Shown here piece after piece: positions 11,689 through 23,900 of a stretch of DNA of 64,000 nucleotides; positions within the stretch are counted from its first letter, which is position 1, and each line of letters begins with the position of its first letter. The DNA lies in assembly GCA_965285935.1 (NCBI GenBank), contig OZ260661.1, positions 123,132,001 through 123,196,000 on the forward strand, written 5' to 3'. The stretch comes from Ophelia neglecta. Lineage: Eukaryota. A model generated the notes under the pieces. The model saw nothing but the letters and a program-made list of their open reading frames with translations, was not told the DNA's origin and made no database searches. A program made the translations under genes and the position numbers.

Positions 11689-14600
11689 ATGGACACTAAG
11701 CCCATTGTAATGTTCTTTGCCTGCATCACTGTTTGGATTAAACTAGCGGTTTCTCAAAATCAAGGTATGTTTCGATCACTTGAACTGTGTACCGTTTCCG
11801 TTAAAAGGCCATACGGAGATTGCTTCGCCCCAGCTAAAGTACTTTTTTCATTTTTGGTGTGCCTGGTATTAATAAGAATATTTCAATCGTAACAATGCGT
11901 AAGTAGGTGTCTGAGGTTTGTTATTGGTTTTGAACAACAATACTTTTTTCTAGCCGTTATTTTAAGCACATTAATGCTGACATGTAAACAATAAGATTAT
12001 CAATATAATCTGTACCATTTGACTAAGTCTTGTTTACTTACCTTGTTTAGTTAGGAAGAGGACATACAGGGTGGTGTCGATTCTGGTAAATACATTCAAT
12101 TTCATTTTCTAAGATTTACCAGTCATCAATTGAATACTAAGCATGGCAGTGATGGATAAACATAGTGTTCAGAAATAGGTTTAAGATATTTTTACGTAGC
12201 CAAAATATTGCATTTACTATATTTTGTTATACATTGTTTTCCTTTTACTTTCAGTCTCCCCCATTTTTGATGAAAAATACAAAACAAGGTTCCAAGGATA
12301 AATATGAGGGATACATTGCAGACTTAGCAGATGAGATAAGCTTGGTTACTCAACTAAACTTCTCCATATACTTGGCTCCAGATGGCCTGTTCGGTATTAA
12401 AAAGAGGACAAGGTTTTGGTCAGGCATGATAGGTGAACTTAAGACAAGGGTAAGATTAGCTTCTATAGACTATGCTTGTTGTCTTGATATTATATTCTGG
12501 GTCCGAACCCCGCAATATTAACATATTTAACTTAACCGACAATTGCCGAGAACAGACGATTTCTACATTACATGGTGTTCAGCAAGAAATGTTGAATCAA
12601 CAAGACAATCAAACTGCATATTTTGGAACGATCTTATGCATGTCCTTTTAAAATGCTCATAGTTTTTAACACCTGGTTATTGGTTTAGTATTGTTTCGCC
12701 ACAGAGGGCAGATGTTGCCATGAGTCCAATGACAATAACCCATAGAAGGAGCGCAGTGGTGGACTTCACCACTCCCTTTATGAAATCTGGAACAACTCTG
12801 GTGGCACGTAGAAACATGCGTCTCCCCGTTGACAAGAAGGGCCCCGGAATCAGTTACCCTTTCAGTCCCTTTCACAGTTTGGTCTGGTTTATTATACTTG
12901 TATCCTTTGTTTTGGTGAGCATGTGTATTTATTGGAATATGGCTATATTGTTAATATTGTGGCGTATCTTCATTACTCAAATAAGTACTTCATTCAATTA
13001 TTCGCAGTACGTTACTTTAACGAACGTGTAAAAAGTACTGACAGCGTATGCTCTAAACATTCCGAACGCCTTTCGAGTGAATATAAATGGATGAGTCAAA
13101 ACATATGTTGAAATCGTTTTCGGCCTTGTTATAGACATACTATCCAAAGTCTGCCGATCCGGCAGAAAGTTATTTTTTTGAACTTTGTTCAAAAAGAAAT
13201 ATTATGAACATTTCAAACTGACGAAATGATATATTTTCCAGACAAGCTTCTTGGCCGCCGTGTTAGAGCAAGTCAGCCAAGGGGACGGATTGTATTTACA
13301 TAGATCCATAGGTTATGGCTTCTGGTGGTCAACTCTAGCATTAACCTTTCAAGGTACTTTGTGTTTCGCTTAAAAAAATAGATAAGGTTTAATCCGTTTC
13401 TGAATTCTTGCTCTTGTCAGTTGCAAAATAGGGGTATGACTTTTGGTTGACTGTGGAATGTGTATTTTAGATTTCCAAAATGAATAATCTAATCGATACG
13501 CAGGCATTGGGTAAAAAATAGCAATTCGGTTATGGAACTAAAGTCACTTTTATGAAATTGGAAGTCCAGGGGAATCAGAAACGAATGTAAAAGAACTACA
13601 TTTTATTTTAAACAAAATAAGGAAATAAATTTGGCTAACGTAGAGAATTGAATAAACTTAACATCAATGAAAGCCCAAGCCAAATGATATGTCCTCCCTA
13701 GTTGCAACAACACTCTCGTGCATGGATGATGATAGGACATTTCAGTTGGGCAATTTCCGTTTTTTCATTGATCAAATTGTCTTTTCATTAAATCACTTTA
13801 ATTGAGACCCATTGTTCATCTATACATGAAAGGGATTAATAGTATGAGTGGAAGGTCAACAGATAGGGACAACGACATCTCACCTATATTAGTAACAATC
13901 AATAAGTTGTATATGAACCAGACATATTATTTTTATATATTCCTATCATTTCTATTCTTCAGGATTTGTGAGGAGTCCAAAAAGTGCTGGAGTTATTGTG
14001 CTAGTGACCTTTTGGACCTTGGTATCCATCATTAATGTAGTCCTTTATGTCTCCGGAATGACCACCTTTATGACGATGGAGCCAATTTATAGTAAGATCC
14101 AGAATGCCCCCCATGTCACACACGTACGTCAAGCCAATCCCATCAAAACAGTCAGGGAACTTGGGCAACAAACTAAGGTTAAGTATGGTTGCATCGAGAA
14201 AGGCAGTACTTACGCGTTTTACATGAACAGCGAGGACGATGTCTACCGAAATATGTGGACACATATGGAAAATGAGGAGCCAAAACCTTACTTTAGAAAT
14301 ATGAAGGAAGGCATAGACAAAGTGAATGCAGGTGAAGGAAACTTTATTTTTCTGGCAGAATCCAAGCTAAGCTCCTTTTATGCTGGTCGCAAGCCATGTA
14401 ATCTCGACTTGATCGGGGACGACTTTAATGTGGTAGAGTATGGAATAGCGACCCCTCGTAACAGTGCACTGAGAGAGCTGATGGCTGAGGCAGTTGAAAC
14501 TCTGAAACAACGTGGTACACTGGACAATCTAGAGAAGAAGGTAACACTTCCTGACGCTTTTGAAAACTATTGCAATATTGCTTTTAATGAAAAATAAACT

Positions 14601-15110
14601 CATAGGTATATCCATTCTATCCAATCTATTGCATCCTATATATTAGAATTAAAAAAAGCGTCATCATCAACTATTCTTTAATCAAGTCATTTTCGTCGTA
14701 GTGGTTTAAAGATGACTGTAAAGACGACAATGATACGCTGATGGTTGATGGCAAGCTGAACATCGTTGCCGGGAAAGTCCTACTATTTTCCGGCAAGGCC
14801 CTTCAGGTCTCTTCGTACTACGGCGTCATCCTTCTGATGTGTGTCGGTATGGTACTGTCAGTCATTGTATCATTGGTAGAATGTGATCGACGGCGGAAAA
14901 GAAAGGTGACTGACCATGTTATATATCCAGAGTCTATAAATGCAATCTTTTCAATGAGAAAGCGAATGATAGTGCTAAAACATCAATTTTCTTATTTGGC
15001 TCCCAATAAATTAATATTTTTATTTCAACGAAATTCATCATTATGACCAAAATGCTTTTACTTTTTATTTTCTTCAGAAATCGGAAGACCTAGATTTGAT
15101 TGGATTATAG
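11689..15110 (+). CDS. Ionotropic glutamate receptor-like protein lacking the amino-terminal domain (paralog 2), about 480 aa
   Basis: Exons 11689-11764, 12051-12085, 12255-12449, 12705-12914, 13242-13353, 13963-14540, 14702-14905, 15078-15110. All introns GT-AG and phase-compatible; total 1443 nt. Signal peptide, then RTYRVVSILSPPFLM, YEGYIADL, WSGMIGEL, SPMTITHRRSAVVDFTTPFM, M1, FWWSTLALTFQG, M3, YGCIEKGST, FLAES, KPCNL, YGIATPRNS, M4, C-terminus DLIGL. Confidence 0.92.
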
Positions 15111-17777
15111 AAGTCGTTGAAACCAAGCTTGTGGTCAAGATACTTTTTGGATTCTTTTAGCTTGTTGTTCGCGAGGATTCGAAAACTCACATGGATATCA
15201 CTTGAATGGTGGGAAGATACTCTGTAACATGTCAATGGCAATACCTAGCAAACAAATGTGAAATCACTCTACTTTTGCTTTTGGTTGGTGGAATTGGTGA
15301 TCATTTTTTAACCGTGCAACGTAATTTTTCGATTTGAAATTGCTAGTATAGTGAATTATATTTGCTCCCTGTCTCTCCTTCTCTCTCATCCATCACTGAT
15401 AAAAGTTTCTTCTCTTAAATACGACACTTATCTAATTTGAATTGAACACGACACTGTCAGATTGATAATGGGACACAATAAACGTAGCTGATTTGATACA
15501 AATGGTGTTGACATTCCAGACTATAATAGACCCCCCCCCCACATACACACACACACAAACCTCCCTCCCAATAAAATGACAGGCAGGCAAAATAGAAGAT
15601 TGGATGATATAGTGTATGCTCCCCGCCATCATTTGTCGTTAACGCCATGCAACAAATTCCCTATACTCCATGGCACTTGATAAAAAATCCCAGCTGTTAT
15701 GATAATCAAATTGGCGCCCCACATTTGCTAGACTCTAATGTCAAAGGTGAATCCTACCACTATAATTCACTTTGAAAAACCTATATTAGTGTTGATTCTG
15801 GAGATTAAGTATGCAGTAAGACGTTTATTACTTGTGCAGGCGCAACATGTCCCACTATTCACTTCAAGTGACGAAAGTCCATACAAAATTGCATAAATAA
15901 AGTTTACCGCACACCCCCAACCGCCGCCTGCAGTGAGTTCGTCTGCCCCACATTAAGAGTTGGGACGCGCGCCTGCCGAGTACCTTTTTAATAAGGTAAA
16001 CAACTTGTACTTTTACCGACTACATGTACATGGAAAAAATATACTGGATATAAAATAGCCCGATGTCCTTTTTATTTGACTGTTTTGCCAATAACTGCCT
16101 ACATTTAAACACATGACGATGTAACTTGCGTAGTAAGTGGAAACAGACAAACCGTAACTTAATAGAAATAACATCTGCAAAATGGCGACTGTCCCCGTGT
16201 TGTCCCAATGTAAAATACTCTTTAGTAATAATTGGTAGTAAAGAATAATTACCAGGGAAAACGAAGGGCTGCTTCAATTCAATAAACAATTCATGGAGAA
16301 GCTCATCAAATGTACAATTCCGTTTTGTGTGTTTGTGATTGCGTATGCCTGATGATATGAAAAAATATGTGGACTGTAGTTGCTACGAGAAATTCTTAAA
16401 CGACAGGTGCACGCCACGCCCCCCCCCCCCCCCGCACTCTCCAGGACCCTTCCGTCCTCTGAAAAGTGTGTCCATTCTTCTATCAGTAAGATACTATTCT
16501 CTTGATAGAACGCAGTGTTAAGATCTCTTAATCTAACAGTTAAAACGAGTGCTTATATGAACATCTGTCTCTCTCGGATTTTGCCACTTTAATGATTGAC
16601 CAAGTAATATTTTAGCCACACCTTTTTTCAATATCTGTGAAGCAGTATGCGATAATCTGCTTCAGTGTATGATATGTTTGTCCTTGAAACTACTACTTTT
16701 TCAAACCAGGTCATATATAGGACTCATAAAGTTAATCCGCCCAAAATTTTTTTTATAGTACCCCTATGTTACATACAGAATAACAATATATTATAATGTA
16801 TAACATTATATAGGTATTGCTGCATGGTGTCTTTAATTCACCTACAGGTAGTAGTATTGTCTGATCATAATATAGTAGTATGATTCAGGGGGTTCGTCCA
16901 GCAAGAAATCGGCTTGTGGATGGAGGAAGTTCATCACGTTACGCAGAAATCGTAGTTCCGGAGTTTAGGCATGACGAGATATTTGGATATATGGATAGTT
17001 ATCAAGCAACTTTCAGTTTTCAACGATTAATCTGAATATTTCAAAGTTTTTTTTTTCTTAAACTTAGAATGGCCAGCTATGTAAGTACCTGTAACAACTA
17101 AGAGGTTTAAACAAAGTATACCTGAGATACACATTCACTATGTGATGTTATAAATTGTACTGCCATGGTATAAACATGTATTACGTTTGTAAGGTAATGC
17201 CGGTTACTAAGTTGTTATAACTTGTGGCCAAACCTACTTGCAGGTAATAAGGCAATAAAATGTGTTTAAACTAAACACCTGTTTGTGCAGTGTGTTCATA
17301 GTGCAAAGTAGTTAAATTTACATCATAATGTATTTTGTTATTTTCTCTAATGACAGGACCAATACGCCATTGAGCGTCCAGTCCTCATTGTTGCGTGATG
17401 CTTATTAGTATTTGATATTACTTCACGGATTTTTTTGATTTTCTTTCTGCTTGTGTTATTAGCACACGCAGGTCATGTATATGCTGTTAATAATATTATT
17501 ATAATTGTTGTAGCTTTTATCACACGACAATAAATAATCATTATTATAAGGGCATGTGATTTTGCCAGTAGTAGGCCTACACACACACATGCACGCAAAG
17601 AGTAGTACTGCGCAGTGTTGTATGAACAGCTTTGCTTCACGTAAGTAACTATCATTTTTTCACTTAGGCCTATATCAGTTTTATTCTTTTTCGCCTTGTA
17701 TTTCTGTTTAACCTTTCATTGTCAGGTTGTCAAGCTTTTATGGTGTAAAAACAGTAAAGAAAGTTACTGGACACATA

Positions 17778-17955
17778 CAGTGAAACCTGTGAATTAAGAC
17801 CACCCAAGGGACTGACGAATAATGGTCTGATTAGAGAGGTGGTCTGTTTACACAGGCCAGTTTACATTGAAAGGGTATTCTTTGGTCTTCATAATAGTGG
17901 TCTTAATTTCCAGGTGGTATGAATATAGAGGTGGTCTTTAAGGCAGGTTTCACTC
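17778..17955. mobile_element. MITE, Tc1/mariner/pogo type (copy 1)
   Basis: Terminal inverted repeats CAGTGAAACCTG...CAGGTTTCACTC, TA on both sides, internal repeated GGTGGTCT motifs; second copy at 20163. Confidence 0.85.
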
Positions 17956-20162
17956 TACATGTAATTTCGACTACCAGTACATCATTTAGAAGACTTATAT
18001 TTTCTCATGATAATCCCGAATTGTTTCAAAGGGTGAACATGGAGTGCCAAAGTTTGTAGATTGCCCTCGCTTTGTTTGGGCCAATGCCTGGAAGTGTGCA
18101 CAATTGTTTCTCCTTGGCGTGATTGAGATTTATGCGAAAAGGTAGAGCAGGGCCCTCTTATTCTGCTGAGCTATTTACCGTGTTTGAGTTTGAGGGGTAT
18201 ATATTCGAGAAACTATTTTCAATTAAGTGTATATTATCGAGCCATTTTGCAGAAAATTCCCTCTCTTCGGCTTGGCCCGGCATTCATTTTGTTCTGATCA
18301 GTTAGGTTAAAGCAATGTATTCTCAACTACTTATTCTTTAAAATGTGTTGGTAAGTATTCTAAATACTCATGGGATACTGAGGTTGGGCCTGGTGAATAA
18401 AAAACTGATCAATAGAATCCCTAAACCCTATCCGTGCAGTACCCCATAGTATTAACACCTATCCGAATATTCCAATCAATTATGAAGAGAACTATAACCG
18501 ACTGAAGCTCATTTTTCTCCAATTCTGAATAGTTTGGGTGTGACTAATACTTTTGTGACAAATAACCAACAAATCTCATTTATCTCCCAATATACTGGAT
18601 ATCATTATATATCTCGTGTCTATTTTCGTTACAGTTACTATGTTACTATCACCAGAATCTGACATCCAGCTACTCCGGAAATTAGCACCCTGGAGAACTA
18701 GCTGATAGCCTTTAACCATATAAGTACTTAACTACTATGCTTGTATCTCAGATAAGATAGGATGGGGCTACACCTAGGTCAACACAAACATAATAGCTAT
18801 TTTTTGCTCCATGGCATACTATTCTAAAATAAATAGCAAATAATCAAGTCTATCCTTTTTTTGCACAAGGGCCGACTGATCATAACTTAAATGAACTTTT
18901 CAGCACATGAAGTCTTACTTATCACGCTTACAACTGTCAATTCTCGACAAGCAGAGATAGCTGAGCGATAACAGGCGAACTTATCAGTGAGCCTGTAACT
19001 GTGACCTCACACGTCTAGGTGAAGCTACAATTGCAAATGACTGAAATATCAACTATGTGGTTTCGGCTGATAGTGTAATTTACACTACACCTCGCAGGTA
19101 AATTCAATTGCCAACTGCGACATTGTTGCAGGGACCTGTGTTAATAATAAGGGTTATTATAACCTAAATATACTTTATATAGTATTAATTTAAGGGGGCT
19201 AATTCAATTTTAAAGTCTGTGCCGAAGGAGAGATCGCGGAAGTCCAATATTTGTCTTAAAATTTCGAGCTTCTCAGTGTCATGCCCGAAGTTAGTAATAA
19301 AAGAACTATGGGTCCAATTTCGGACGCCGTCATTTATTAAAGGAGCTATAATACAATACTGCGCCCTTTGTTGTATCTAGCCAAATACGAATTTTGCATA
19401 TAAACCCAAATATGCTAAAAGCTTAGCACATTAGTTCACACTACTTGAAATTTCCAAACCCGTTTGAAATTCGGACATGGCCTGACTGGACTTACCTGCT
19501 ACAAACGATGGATTGCACAATGGCCAAAAGAGGTGTCGGCCTGGAGTATGCTTTTTTAGCAGTCAATTAATATGATAATCAAGCTGAATAAACACTCAGT
19601 AAGCCAGGAACATGTTTAACAACAAGTAGGCTACATATATAACTTTAACAAAGCAATATGTAAAAATCCCATATTCCAGTAAAACTAAATAAACATTGCG
19701 AGCAGTTAAAAATCGTAGTTACTGCATGTCATAGCGGGTGTTGCATTATAGGAAACAAAAAATATGCAAACTAGGTCGATTGGATTTTTAGTTATGTTAG
19801 ACATATGGTATCACAAGTCACTTGTTATGGCATGTATCCTTCTAATATACACATCTACTGTCGAAGATGGTGAAAGAAATTGACGAAAATATAAAGTCAT
19901 CATCTTTCTCGGTATGCCCCTCTTCTATTTCCCTGGCTGCCATCTTAAGTTATATGAAGCTTGGATGAAGGCTCGCTTCGAGGCCAAAACATTGCTCTTT
20001 AGTAATCACTATTTTACAATAGGCTCATCATTATTTCTTGAGAGTGAAATTTTAAAGCTAAATTGACTATAAGTCAAAGCAACAAGTTACCTGAATCGCA
20101 AAATGGCGGTCATATTAGCTTTGTGCATATAAGGCTTTACCGAGAAGAACGCAATACCTATA

Positions 20163-20342
20163 CAGTGAAGCCTAAGAATTAAGACCACCCAAGGGACTGG
20201 AAAAAGCTGGTCTGATTTCAGAGGTGGTCGGTTTAGAAACGTTTTTTAACATTGAAAGCATACAGAATGATCCTCCTATATTAGTGGTCTTAATTTACAG
20301 GTGGTCTGATTATAGAGGTTTTCGTTAAAGCAGGTTTCACTG
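20163..20342. mobile_element. MITE, Tc1/mariner/pogo type (copy 2)
   Basis: TA-CAGTGAAGCCT...CAGGTTTCACTG-TA; colinear with 17778-17955 (shares AATTAAGACCACCCAAGGGACTG). Confidence 0.85.
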
Positions 20343-20970
20343 TATATGCTTTTCCGTGGGTTAAATTTATATTATTGTAGTTTAAAGTGTCAAGATACCT
20401 TATCCAGCTGCTGAAGTTTGGCAATATCAGTAAATTTTATTGCCAGGAATTAATACTGTCGGTTGTACTTCAGAATGTTTAATTTAAGCAACATTGCACC
20501 ACTCAAGAACTCAAATTGATGTCAGGACACCCCTCCTGATTCATAAGATCGATACAATTGTATCAAGACAATATTTATGTGACTAAAATAAAATCTTGTG
20601 GGTCAATGGGATGTGAAATTTGCATTTGGTTTCTTGCTATGAACTTAAGAAATGTCTGGGTATGTGTCATTGTAGTTGAAAGCCAAGTGTACAATAGCGG
20701 CAAAGTAGTGCGGGAGGGGGGGGGATGGGGGGGGGAGGCTTCTTTGTATATAATGAGGAAAGAAAATTCAGATGAAACCTTCAACTTTAACGTTTTTTGT
20801 TGTTGTGCAGCATACACTATGGGAGCAACAATGATCCACCAGGTAGGATTCTGGGGAGGGTGCACGGTTAGTCAATCTGACCCACGAACTCACGCAGATG
20901 ATCATTATTTATTTAATATTTTAAATACAAACAGGCGAATATAAAACAATCACTGCAATGATAATAGTTA

Positions 20971-23900
20971 TTAATAAGCAACTCGTTTATCTATAAACTT
21001 GATGTGTTCATGACGCTTCAGACTTCTTGGGACTTTCAGCTGGCTCACTGAAGTTTTGGAGTGATGAACTATATACTGCTGGAAATCCCAAAATGTTCCA
21101 GGGCGTACGAAGTGCATAGAGGAATACCCCAGTATCTCCTTGCTCAGATAGTAGGCATATTGGCTTAACTGTTCTCCAAGTTTGACGTCAAACTGCGGGA
21201 AGTCGAGTATTTGCAGATAAAATAATAAATAAGGCATCAATAGCAAATTCAGAACATCAGAACTATTATAAATAGGGTAATTATTAAACCAAGCTTGAAC
21301 TTAACCTGAGAGAACCTCGGGCATACCCGGCAGACGATGAAAAACATAAATACGGAATAATCCGAATTGTCGGGAACGGGCACAAGTACTAATAAACGCA
21401 TGAGCACCAACAAGTAATAGTTTATAAAGATACAGAATATACTGATATCTATACTTTTAGGATATATGAAAAGTATTCTTTACAGTTGCTTTTAGCTCAT
21501 CTGTAATGTTCAAATTGGCGACATCTCCTTCGAGTTCTATGAAAACGACAAGAGTGGTACTTCCTGGCACATCCCCTGAAGAAAATAAGTTAAATGTTGA
21601 GGAGTCTCGATATCAAATGTGCGTTGTTTTAAATGCATGTGGTGATAACGATTATTTTTAATATTGGTAATTCTGGATTTTCAAATCCACTTTCCATTAA
21701 ACATACCCATCGCCAAACCCTTCAGCACACTGGTGGTGATGGTATAATCATGTAAGATCACTCCAGGCCATTCTTTTACTGTGGCTACAAGTGCCCTGTA
21801 GATATCCGAACCTGGGATGCCCATTCCCTGAATCTCTATAACTTCGCCAAGTCTGTTTAAAGCAGAAGACGTGTGAGATAACGAAGTACACTCATTATTG
21901 ATGAAATAATCCAGCATGTCTTATCCATTAAATCAATAAATGAAATATGTACGTGTATATTTGTAATTCGCGATCGTAAATATCCGTTTTAACCTACAGA
22001 GCTTGTCAGTAACACATCACAAATGCAATTGATGGGTCACAAGTAATGAAGAATATAATATTATTGAGAAAATAAAACGTTTTAAAAGAAAACAGAGCAT
22101 GGTTTGTGTTCGTTTTTTTTCTTGACTTATTGTAACTAGGTGGAAAAATGGTCGGATATTATATCAAAGGAATGCATAACTGATGATCAATGATTGATAA
22201 CGTTACCAGAAACCAATAAAACCAGAAAATTAATACTAGATCGCGATCAATAAATACACCGTAGAATCGCTAAGGGCAAGATGTATATGATCTTATGTTA
22301 TTAATAACAACAATACTAGGGGCCACTTGCAGTTTAGTAAATAAGATTATGTTGATTTCATATCATGGTGCTTATGTGTGCAATTCTTGTTTGCAAAAGG
22401 CATTGTTGCTGATTGTTTTTCTCAAAACTTGTCATTTTTCTATATAATATTTTGTTTAAACTTAGGTGCCTAAATAACTGACCAAGAAATATGAACTCTG
22501 CGGATTAAAAGAGCTTTTGCAAATTCATAGATAACTATTCCATCCGGTTAAAGACTTACAACTAACTATCGATGACGCTCTGTTAAACTGTTCGAGTTCG
22601 AGCGAAGCTTCTAGTTGCCATTGTTTTAATACCTTCGCAGTAAAATACTGCAATGGCTCTGAGTGATGACTTCCGCTTATCCTAGGGCTAGAGGTCATGT
22701 GCATCTGTCTCGTTCTGTAATTCATACATCGCAAGTTGCAGATGCAGATCCCAATAAAAGCGTGGCTGGTTCACATTACATAATTATCATTTTATTGCAC
22801 TTCGATGAGATTTAATCCCTATATATCTTTGGTATATTTTATATATGCAGGACTGGTACGGTTAACTCCCTTCTCTGGTTTTGTGTTAACTGAGACAACT
22901 TTTTTCCAGTCTCTTAATCATGATTGCCATTTATCCAAAGCATACTCTTTGACATCATATTTCATATCTGTCCTACGTCAAACACTGACTCGTTTGTCAT
23001 GTCCTCTGACTCTCATCGGGGCAATAAGATGGCTACTTCTCATTGCAATGGATGTACAAGAATGTGACGTCGTGTTAGTGAAGTAAAAGGGTAGTGGTCT
23101 AGATTAATTCGGAAATATAGGTTATTAATGTTAATTTTACCAAGATATGAATTGTATTCAGACCAACCTATGTGAATATTCCAACAATGGGAACTCGTTA
23201 TGTAGTCCTGCCACTTTGAAGACGTCCCCTGTCCTATACCTGTATAATCCATGAAGTGTGGTGGCCACCAATTCATACAACTCTCCAACCTTTACCTAGG
23301 TTCGAAAAAGAAAACTGCTTGGCGATTCAGTGGAGTTTGTTGCTTAGACCTTTCTTAAACATGTAGCGGTGTGTATTTTGTATGTCTTAAATATATACAG
23401 GTGTATGGAGGTTAAGTATAGTTGTATGGTTTTACATCTATGGTTCTATCTGTATGTATGGGTATGAGTTGTACCTATTATTATGTGTGTGCAGAATGTC
23501 AGCTTTACAGTGTGTTTGTGTGTGGTTGACCTGAATCAGCTGGGTTCATTGGACCATAGCCACAGGCCTGTCTCAATTGCCTAATGAATATAATTAGATA
23601 TGTGGACAAGGGCATGACTTAGGTATGTCAAAGGTCAGGTACTGAGGTCAGTGGCTACCTTATTTGGTATATAGCAGTATTGATTTTATTAAGGGCCAAT
23701 CAGAGAGGCTTAAATATCCTTTGTCTCTGAAAGTTTTGGTGGGAAAATTGGCTAGATTAAGCACTTAGCCTGGAGACATTGAAGGAGGAGCATTGCATTG
23801 TATATAGGACAGGATTGTGATGGAATGATTCATAATTAGGTTTGTCAAATGAATTGGTCATGAATTAGTGTTTTCCTTCATTGTAGTACAGTTTCCCCCC

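Noticed and set aside
22525-22734. Possible alternative exon 4 of the GH3 gene (RISGS...VLKQW resembles GIPGS...TVKEW)
   Set aside because: No convincing nucleotide similarity or matching donor; the resemblance is probably chance.
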